Source: Candidatus Aenigmatarchaeota archaeon (GTDB taxonomy: Archaea; Aenigmatarchaeota; Aenigmatarchaeia; Aenigmatarchaeales; JACQIB01). From it: a stretch of 19,479 nt of DNA. The notes beneath the pieces were generated by a model, which was not told where the DNA came from, searched no databases, and worked only from the letters and a program-made list of their open reading frames with translations. Location: NCBI GenBank assembly GCA_043799675.1, contig JAZDNN010000005.1, forward strand, positions 1 through 19,479, in the 5' to 3' direction. Below, piece by piece: positions 9,299-16,500 of the stretch; the stretch's first letter is position 1; the number at the start of each line of letters is the position of its first letter. A program made the position numbers and the translations under genes.

Positions 9299-10096
9299 TC
9301 AGAGCAGCAATAACAGCAGCAATGCGAAAAAGAACACCGGAGTATAGCACACGCCGGTACGGATAATCACCGTTCTTTGCGCATGCCTTATCCTGGAAAT
9401 CTCGGCTGCCGTGAGGCCGCGCAGCTCCCGTTTCCAGAGCTTGAGCCCGGGCAGATCCTCGCCGAGCATGTCACCGGGCTTCAGCCCGCCTGAGGGCACC
9501 TTACGGTTGAATGCCTCCTCCGAGACACGCGAGAGGACCCAGAGCGGGGTCATTATCAAAAGCAGGGTCGCGAGCATCACCGAAAGCGGGTAGGTGCCGG
9601 TCCCGAGGATGATTGCCGCCGCGGCAGCGAACACGAAGAACATCCTGCCGCTAGCTGAAAGGCCTGCCAGGAACTTCCGCGAAAGGTGCCTGTTCCTTGC
9701 AACCGCCAGAAAGATGTAGGCGACAGACCAGGCGATGCCTATCACGAACACGGTGAAAAAGTAGACCATCGAAAAGGGCAGCCAACCGAGATTGGAAGAA
9801 ACGGCCCACACCGGAACCAGCGAACCTACCGCGGTGAGCATCGCACCGTCGCCGCCGCCCCACGCACCGACCTTGTACATGAAAATACCGAACAGGCCGA
9901 AGGTCGCGGTCACCAATACGGATGAAACAAACAGCTCCTGCAGGCCGAACAGCTGCCACTCAAGGAAGTTCAGGACCAAACCGGCCCCTATCATGCCGAA
10001 CAGCAGCCTGTCCGGAACGTCGGTGGTCTTCAAGTCCCAGTAGCCGCCTATCGCGCTGCCAATCAAAGCGACCGCAAGCCTGAGCAATTCGAGCAC
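9299..10096 (-). CDS. A24-family type IV prepilin/prearchaellin peptidase
   Basis: Polytopic membrane protein with catalytic Asp motifs WDLKTTDVPD and WGGGDG, and a C-terminal LKPGD...G.xxP segment typical of archaeal A24 enzymes. Confidence 0.88.
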   Translation of the reverse strand: MLELLRLAVALIGSAIGGYWDLKTTDVPDRLLFGMIGAGLVLNFLEWQLFGLQELFVSSVLVTATFGLFGIFMYKVGAWGGGDGAMLTAVGSLVPVWAVSSNLGWLPFSMVYFFTVFVIGIAWSVAYIFLAVARNRHLSRKFLAGLSASGRMFFVFAAAAAIILGTGTYPLSVMLATLLLIMTPLWVLSRVSEEAFNRKVPSGGLKPGDMLGEDLPGLKLWKRELRGLTAAEISRIRHAQRTVIIRTGVCYTPVFFFALLLLLLL

Positions 10097-10125
10097 AGAG
10101 AACGTTGCGCCGCCCGCTTTAAAAC

Positions 10126-10761
10126 CTAATTGCCTTTCCTGCCTTCCTGTAACATCAACTCGCCTTCGAACACTTTCTTGCCGTGCCTGCCGAAGGAAAT
10201 ATTCCCGTCCTCGTCCACGCCGAAATAATTCGACATCGCCTTGAAATCCTTTCCGTAGACCCTGGTCACTTCATCATCGAACGGCTTGCCGGGCCCGATT
10301 CTTTTCATGTAATCGAGCAGTTCCGGCTTCTCCGGCCCGGCAATGAACCTGACGAAAGCCCTGAAAGCGTCGTACTGCACCTCATCCAGGCCGTCAGAGA
10401 CATGGCGGGATTTCCGCGAATCAATCGGGACCCTTTCGTCCAGGCCGCGTGCATCGGCATTGACCGGGCGGCGGTGGAGCTCCGGAATGGTCCTGAGAGA
10501 GGCATCTTCTGAGAAAGGATGGCCCCTGTCATACAGCATGTCGAACAGGTTCTTCCCGCGCTCGCTGAAGTACCATGTTCCGCCGTGCGGCGTGAAATAT
10601 GCCGGCATGCTGTCGAGCTCCTTTGCATACCGCTTCAAAAGGCCCGCGTCCAGGTCCTCGTCCGGCCTGCATCCCCTGAGATAACCGCCGATGTTCCCGT
10701 TGACATTGTCCGCAAAGCCTGTCAGGATTTCAATCTGTGCAGCGTCCTTGTGTTTTGTCAT
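10126..10761 (-). CDS. Hypothetical protein (211 aa); C-terminal half weakly resembles a peptidase MA-like fold
   Basis: Fills the gap between the A24 peptidase and trmI, with a TATA box 23 nt upstream. No HExxH motif. Confidence 0.6.
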   Translation of the reverse strand: MTKHKDAAQIEILTGFADNVNGNIGGYLRGCRPDEDLDAGLLKRYAKELDSMPAYFTPHGGTWYFSERGKNLFDMLYDRGHPFSEDASLRTIPELHRRPVNADARGLDERVPIDSRKSRHVSDGLDEVQYDAFRAFVRFIAGPEKPELLDYMKRIGPGKPFDDEVTRVYGKDFKAMSNYFGVDEDGNISFGRHGKKVFEGELMLQEGRKGN

Positions 10762-10783
10762 TCAATCAGACTGCGGCAAACGG

Positions 10784-10792
10784 ATTTATAAT
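10784..10792. promoter_or_regulatory. Putative bidirectional TATA box (ATTTATAAT)
   Basis: Most TATA-like element in a 52-bp divergent intergenic gap, 22-23 nt from each start codon. Confidence 0.55.
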
Positions 10793-10813
10793 CGATGCGG
10801 GACGAGGACTGTC

Positions 10814-11563
10814 ATGGGAATAAGGCGGGGCCAAAGAATCACGCTGCTGGGACCGCGGAGATACCTGATAGAAGCAAAGGACTCCATGGACAGCAAGTTC
10901 GGCAGGCTGGAGCTTGAAAAACTCATAGGAAAGCCGATGGGCACCGTTCTGAAAGCCGGCAAGAACAGTTTCACAGCCGTGGAACCAACATTGCTGGACT
11001 TCCTTGCCAAGAAGGCGAAGAGGGGACCTGCGGTGGTGCTGCCGAAGGATGCTGCGGCAATCCTTGCGCACACAGGGGCGGGAAAAGGGTGGAAAGTGCT
11101 GGACGCGGGCACGGGCTCCTGCTGGCTCGCGCTTTTCCTTGCCAACGTCGGCTGCGATGTCACCAGCTATGAAATCAGGAAGGACTTCTTCGAGCTGGCG
11201 AAGAAGAACGTCCAGATGAGCGGACTCAAGGTCAAGCTGAAAAACAAGGACGCCGCCAAGGGATTTTCCGAACGGAACGTTGACCTGGTGACACTGGACA
11301 TGAAAAACCCTGAGAAGGCGATTCCTCATGCTTACAAGTCCCTCAAGGCGGGCGGATGGCTGGCGGTGTTCAGCATGCACATCGAAGAGGTGGGCAACGT
11401 TGCCAAGGCGATAGGCAAGCTGAATTTCACCGAACCGCACATCGTCGAAATCCTGGAGAGAAGCTGGCAGGCCGATGTTTACGGAAAGAACACATTCACA
11501 CGGCCCCGCACGCATATGCTGGCACATACGGGATGGCTCACGTTCGCGAGAAAACTGCAATAA
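10814..11563 (+). CDS. trmI: tRNA (adenine-N1, m1A58) methyltransferase, TrmI/GCD14 family
   Basis: KRGPAVVLPKDAAAI, VLDAGTGS (SAM motif I), SYEIRKDFF, VDLVTLDMKNP and the terminal RP...HTGWLTFARK motif. Confidence 0.9.
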   Translation: MGIRRGQRITLLGPRRYLIEAKDSMDSKFGRLELEKLIGKPMGTVLKAGKNSFTAVEPTLLDFLAKKAKRGPAVVLPKDAAAILAHTGAGKGWKVLDAGTGSCWLALFLANVGCDVTSYEIRKDFFELAKKNVQMSGLKVKLKNKDAAKGFSERNVDLVTLDMKNPEKAIPHAYKSLKAGGWLAVFSMHIEEVGNVAKAIGKLNFTEPHIVEILERSWQADVYGKNTFTRPRTHMLAHTGWLTFARKLQ

Positions 11564-11595
11564 ATACTTTTGCCGCCATCGATATGAGGGTCTGA

Positions 11596-12129
11596 TTGAA
11601 GGACATAAGGGTAACGCCGATAAGGAACGGAACGGTCATTGACCACCTGCCGGCCGGAAGCGCGCTGTACGTCCTACGAATTCTCGGATACTATAGAAAC
11701 GACAATCCGATGAGCAAGACAACGTCCGTCCTCATGCATGCACCGAGCAGGAAAACCGTCTGGAAGGACCTCGTAAAAGTGGAGGACCTCGAGCTGGTTG
11801 AAAAGGAACGCCAGAAGATAGCGCTCGTCGCGTGGACATACAGGCCAAGACAGATGCCGACGGTGAACATAATAAGGAACTACACGGTTGCCGAAAAGAC
11901 CATACTGGAAGTGGCGGAACGCTACGGGGGACTGGTCTGCTGCCAGAACGGGCTGGAAGAAGGGGGAAAAAGCGGCTGCATCAGCAACAACGAAAGATGG
12001 ATGGAGGGCACCAATCTGGAACTGCGCAACGACAGGTTCTTCTGCTACTACTGCGGCCGCGAACAGGAACCGGAAAGACTGCGTGAGAACCTGATTAGGA
12101 GCCCTGCCGCCGGCAGGAAGGTCTGTTAG
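11596..12129 (+). CDS. pyrI: Aspartate carbamoyltransferase regulatory chain
   Basis: VTPIRNGTVIDHLPAG, KDLVKVE and TVNIIRNYTVAEK motifs; zinc ligands C..N....CISN and CYYC. TTG start after GAGGG. Confidence 0.88.
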   Translation: MKDIRVTPIRNGTVIDHLPAGSALYVLRILGYYRNDNPMSKTTSVLMHAPSRKTVWKDLVKVEDLELVEKERQKIALVAWTYRPRQMPTVNIIRNYTVAEKTILEVAERYGGLVCCQNGLEEGGKSGCISNNERWMEGTNLELRNDRFFCYYCGREQEPERLRENLIRSPAAGRKVC

Positions 12130-12134
12130 AAACC

Positions 12135-12148
12135 TGGTGGGCTCGCTG
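12135..12148 (-). repeat. 14-bp direct repeat of the tRNA-Pro 3' end (CAGCGAGCCCACCA)
   Basis: TGGTGGGCTCGCTG at 12135-12148 is identical to 12260-12273. Confidence 0.9.
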
Positions 12149-12259
12149 CCCCTAGGGAACCTAGGTTCCAGGTGGACTACTGTCCACCGGACGGTGGAAG
12201 GTAAACTTCCACCTGTCCCTTAAGGGATTATTCCTCCTAAAATGGCTGCGGCTATTTCA
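12147..12259. repeat. Palindromic intergenic repeat, copy 1 (64-bp core plus 49-bp insertion)
   Basis: Aligns with 12694-12757 at 59/64 positions (manual count) once the insertion is removed. Confidence 0.85.
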
Positions 12260-12276
12260 TGGTGGGCTCGCTGTGA

Positions 12277-12330
12277 TACTCATAGCACCGCCGCGCTGGC
12301 GGCAAGAGCGCTTTTGGCACTCCGTGCTCA
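12277..12330 (-). other. 54-nt tRNA intron at position 59/60 (T loop)
   Basis: BHB motif: central helix TTCA/TGAG, bulges AA|T and TA|T, outer helix is the T stem. Confidence 0.85.
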
Positions 12331-12355
12331 TTTGAACACAGGCCTCAAGGTCCCG

Positions 12356-12389
12356 CTAAGGCACAGCCGACCACGGGTCGGCCAAGAGC
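12356..12389 (-). other. 34-nt tRNA intron at position 33/34 (anticodon loop)
   Basis: BHB motif: central helix GAGG/CCTT, bulges TT|G and AG|C, outer helix TCC/GGG. Internal hairpin GCCGACC-CGT-GGTCGGC. Confidence 0.8.
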
Positions 12390-12446
12390 AACCTCGGATC
12401 CTACCAAGCTAGACTACGAGCCCAAAATAGAACGTGTCCGACTTCT

Positions 12447-12466
12447 TAAATGGCTGCGCTATTTCA
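12447..12466. repeat. Partial third copy of the repeat (TAAATGGCTGCGCTATTTCA)
   Basis: Matches the right end of copies 1 and 2 with small indels. Overlaps the stop codon of the 67-aa ORF and a TTTAAG TATA-like box about 25 nt upstream of the tRNA. Confidence 0.7.
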
Positions 12467-12662
12467 CCCTGAACTTCGCATGCCAGAGTACGGTCACGCC
12501 AAGCACTATCACGATACCGACCATCAGGATGCTCGGACTTGCCGGCATCGCAACCGCAGCGGCGGTCGGACCGCCGGTCCCGATAGCAGACAAAAGATAT
12601 ACCGCGGCAAGCACCAGGGCCACCGCGACCAGGACGGATGCCGTTCCACTGACCGTTTCCAT
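12459..12662 (-). CDS. Small two-TM membrane protein (67 aa)
   Basis: Two hydrophobic helices and a basic C-terminus; TTTAAAAA about 23 nt upstream of the ATG. Confidence 0.65.
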   Translation of the reverse strand: METVSGTASVLVAVALVLAAVYLLSAIGTGGPTAAAVAMPASPSILMVGIVIVLGVTVLWHAKFRVK

Positions 12663-12693
12663 GAGAACAATACTACAGACAACTTTTTAAACT

Positions 12694-12757
12694 TGCCCCT
12701 AGGGAACCTAGGTTCCCTTCTGGGTTCATTCCTCCTAAATTGGCTGCGGCTATTTCA
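12694..12757. repeat. Palindromic intergenic repeat, copy 2 (64 bp)
   Basis: Contains the perfect 18-bp palindrome AGGGAACCTAGGTTCCCT (12701-12718) overlapping CCCTAGGG. Confidence 0.85.
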
Positions 12758-12764
12758 GAAACCG

Positions 12765-13562
12765 TTACACGCCGACCTCTATGACTGCGCCGATGGACAC
12801 GGCCGCGACGGCAATGGCCATCAAGAACAGGCTGTCCCTCAGAAGGAGATTCAGCTCGGGGGAGCCCCATTTCTCGCGGGCCATTCCGATGGACAGGATT
12901 CCGCCGGCTATCCCGGCCAAGAAGTAGGCGACCAGCTCCGCTATCGCATGGGGAAGTATTCCGCCGGTGGTGAGGAGCAACTGCTGGTACATGCCGGAGC
13001 GGGCGAAGTTGGCGAAATAAATCGCGAGTATGGACGCGTTCCAGCTCATGATGAACACGGCACCGGTCCCGAAGATGAACGACAGGAGGAAAGCGAAAGA
13101 CATCACCTTCACGTTGTTCATCAGGACGACCTCGAGCAGTCCCGGATGTACTGCCGAGCCGCTGGCGAGCGACTGCACCGCATTTATGTCCTCCATCTGG
13201 GGGGCAAACACCGCATCGACAAAGTTCGCCGGGGCAATGATTGCCACGAGGAAGATTGCCAGGAAGCTGCCGAGGAACAGGAGGCTGAAAAGAAGCAATG
13301 TTTCCCTGTGCCTGAGGAAGAACCCTGCGGTCATCTTCTTCTCGGCGCATTCGTCGACCTCCTCCTCGTCCACCTCGAATATCCTGTAAATCAGCGGGGC
13401 CATGCCGACGGCAACGAGCAAAGGTGTGATTATTCCCGCGTACTTCGGGAAGACGAAATAGGAAGTGAAGATCGCGGCGGCGGTGACTATCGCGCTGACC
13501 AGAAGCATCTCAAGCGGCCTGTTCTCTATGCTCTTCTCGGGAAACAGGGACTCAAGCACCAT
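12765..13562 (-). CDS. Stage II sporulation protein M / DUF95-family membrane protein
   Basis: Polytopic; NNVKV, WNASILA, GILPHAIAELVAYFLAG and terminal AVIEV motifs. Confidence 0.85.
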   Translation of the reverse strand: MVLESLFPEKSIENRPLEMLLVSAIVTAAAIFTSYFVFPKYAGIITPLLVAVGMAPLIYRIFEVDEEEVDECAEKKMTAGFFLRHRETLLLFSLLFLGSFLAIFLVAIIAPANFVDAVFAPQMEDINAVQSLASGSAVHPGLLEVVLMNNVKVMSFAFLLSFIFGTGAVFIMSWNASILAIYFANFARSGMYQQLLLTTGGILPHAIAELVAYFLAGIAGGILSIGMAREKWGSPELNLLLRDSLFLMAIAVAAVSIGAVIEVGV

Positions 13563-13570
13563 GACCCAAA

Positions 13571-16500
13571 TCAGCTTTCCGGGGATTTAAGCTTCTTCTT
13601 CGGAGGCATCGGTTTCGTGCCTGCAGCCGGTGAAACTTTCTTCGTTGGATTTGCTTTGATTGCCTTTTCAGCAACGGATTTTTTCGTTGTTGCCTTTGCG
13701 GGCATTTTGTTCACAACCCTCTTTGCAGGCTTCGGTACCGCCTTGGACACTGCAATCTTCTTCGGGGAAGGCGGAGGCAACACTTTCGCCTGAGGCACGG
13801 AGACCTTTGCCGCAGGCTTCGGGGTCTGGGTTTTTACCTTGGCCGCGCGCCTGAAAGAGCCGCGGCGCCACAGGAAGAACAGAACCACGGCTGCCACTAC
13901 TGCGACTGAAATGAACAGGACTATCTGGTCACCAGAAAGCTCGAACGGCGGTATGCAGTCCTCCTCGGCAATCTTCGGCACGCATACGTAATCCGTGCCC
14001 TGGTTGCATTCGTAGGAGGTGCGGATGTGCTTCGCATCCAGGCAGTCGGAAAACGCGTCCTGCTGGCAATCGCAGCACGGCCTCTCGACCGCCGACTGCA
14101 CGCAGGTGAAACCGTTGGACGGGCCGCACGTCCACAACGTCTCGTTGAGCATGCCTGCCACGCATGCCCCTTTTATTGAGGCGGGGCAGGAACACGCGGT
14201 CCCGCCGCCGATTACAAAGATTGAGAACCCGTTGAGTGCCGCCTCATGCAGGGTCTCGCCGCCGGTACTGTTCACGACCGTCACTGACAAGGATTCCCAC
14301 CTCTTGTCCCCGGAATTCCAGCGGTACAGGGAGGCCTTCGAAAGGTTCGCGCTGTCCAGCCAGGAATTCTTGACCGAGAACCGGAGAGTCGCATCGGCGA
14401 CGTCGGGGACGGTCGAGGTGATGTTGAGCCAGATGTACACGTTCTCGGACGGGTTGCCCAGTCCCATCAACGGAATCGTGCTGTTCCGTATGGTGACCTG
14501 CGTATATCCCTGCGTCTTCGAGCCGAAAATCAGGTCAAGCCGCCGCACCAGGCCGGAATCGGTGCAGGTCCTCGAACTGTTTGCCTCGGTGGCAGGCAGG
14601 CTGAATTCCACACCGCTGTTCAGAGGTATGGCGTTGCAACCGCTTACCGCGCCCCCGCCGCCCCCGCCTCCGCCGGTGATGGGGGTGACGCTCGTGCACG
14701 GGGTCGCCGTGAAACTGCTGTTCGAGCTTTCCATCAGGTCGCCCCAGCTGCTGTTCCAGTAGACCTTCCATCCTATCGCGCGGTTTATCATGGACGCGTT
14801 CCACCAGCTGAAATCGGTATAATCGGCGCCTTCAGTTATGGCCGCCGGGCTGCCATAGGTACCGTCAGTATAATTTCTCCATGCCCCGGTCTCGTTGGTG
14901 GACAAGAAGACCGTCGACTGGTTCATTGCGGTATCCTCCCAGGTCACCCTCAGCCTCAGCGTGCCGCAGACGCCGGATGCGACCGGGGTGGCGTTGGCAC
15001 ACGGAACCGCAGTAAAAGAAGCGACTTCCGTGCAGTTGACGTTACCCAGGCTCTCGTTGGCACACCCCTTCCAAAATACCTTGTGTCCCCTGACCGACTG
15101 GTTCCACCATGTGAAATCGGTATGGTCGGCGCCTTCAGTTATGGGCACCGGGCTGCCGTAGGTGCCATCAGTATAGTTCTTCCATGCACCCGTCTCGTTC
15201 GTGCCGAGCCAGGCATATGAAATGTTCACCACGGAACTGTTCCAGAAAATGGTCAGGGTCACGTTGCTGCACTTCCCGTATGACATGCCGCCCCCGAGCC
15301 CGGTGACAATGGATTCCGTGCAGGGAATGGCTTGGAACGTGGCGTTCGTGGTGGAAGTCCAGCGCCCTGCGGTATCGTTCGCCCACGCGAGCCAGTTTAT
15401 CCACTTGTTCTCCATGCTCGCGTTCCACCAGGTGAAATTGGACCACAGCTGGTTGCCTTCAATCGGCCATGGCGAATTGTAACTTCCGTCCGTGTAGTTC
15501 CTGTGGATATCGGTCTCATTGGTGGAAAGCACGACATGGGTGATATTGCAGGTTCCGTCCAGCCAGTGCACCGCAAGGTTGACGTTCGGGTCGCAACCCG
15601 GGCCGGAGCCGCCCCCTGTCTTATTATGAAAATAATCGGATTCGGGATCAATAATATCCCAGTTACCGTTAACACTGCCGCTGTTGGGTATAATGTCGGT
15701 GAGCGGCGGATCACATGTTATGTTATAGGTATGTGACCCGCGGTCCAGCAATGTTCCGTTAAAATACAAAGAAGTGTAATTGCTCATGCCGACTATGAGG
15801 TTGGAATCCTTATCGACGCCGTCAATGTATAGGGTGCAGTTCGTGAAACCTCCGTACGGAAGGTTCGAGCCACCTGGGATAGCTTCGGCCCACGGATTGC
15901 CGTCGACATAAAAACTCATTTCGTCGTTGTCGGTGCAACCACCCTTATAGGGGAGTGTTATTGTTGCGTTGACGCAGAACTGGTTGTTCGCAGGAGCATA
16001 AACAGCAAAGCCTGCCTCGTAGTAAAAAGGCACAGAAACGCCGTTCCATCCCTCCCAGTAAACTGAGCGGCTGTTGTAACACATTATGTTGTTCTGGACT
16101 TCCGCGAGTATGTTCGGCCCCGTAATAACGTTGGTGTAGACCGCATAACCCGAGTTGTTGGTGATGGTATTGAAAGTCATGTAGAACTCCCCGTACGGAT
16201 TGAGGTCCCTTATTCCGTCGTCCCGGTTCTTGTGAACGTAGTTGCCGGTAACGTTCCCGTCGGTCAGGTTGGAATCAACTATAATGATTCCATAATCGTT
16301 ATTGTAAACGTCGTTGTCCGAAATCGAGACGCCGTTTCCGGACTGCGGTGTCTTTAAAACTGCACCTGTTCCGTTAACAACTATTCCGTTCCCGTCGCTG
16401 TTCCACACGGAGTTGTTCCTTATCACCGTATTGGTCACGTTGCAGAGGTATATTCCGTCGCCCGAGCTGCCGTCCACATAACTGTCGACTATGTCGTTCC

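Larger units (their letters stand above)
12260..12423 (-). tRNA. tRNA-Pro(CGG) with two introns (33/34 and 59/60) and encoded CCA
   Basis: Acceptor stem GGGCTCG/CGAGCCC plus ACCA; D arm GTCT-AGCTTGGTA-GGAT; anticodon stem CGAGG/CCTTG; T stem CTGTG/CACAG. Removing 12356-12389 and 12277-12330 restores the loops TTCGGGA and TTCAAAT. Confidence 0.92.

Noticed and set aside
12149..12259. Casposon-derived or classical MITE
   Set aside because: The ends (CCCCTAGG... and ...CTATTTCA) are not inverted repeats, and copy 2 shows no target duplication.
12351..12391. Alternative anticodons GGG (Pro) or GCG (Arg), or a canonical 37/38 intron
   Set aside because: Only the 33/34 placement gave a full 3-4-3 BHB, and the D arm and acceptor stem look like tRNA-Pro.
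12673..12729. Micro-ORF MNPEGNLGSLGASLKSCL after AGGAGGA in repeat copy 2
   Set aside because: The SD-like motif directly abuts the ATG, and the ATG is not conserved in copy 1.
12686..12771. Integron attC site interpretation of the repeat
   Set aside because: AAC/GTT triplets exist at the flanks, but the R boxes (GTGTAAC vs GTTTAAA) and inner boxes are not complementary, and there is no integrase.
12450..13793. 447-aa plus-strand ORF
   Set aside because: Antisense shadow of the SpoIIM gene and neighbours. It runs through the repeat and has no recognisable motifs.
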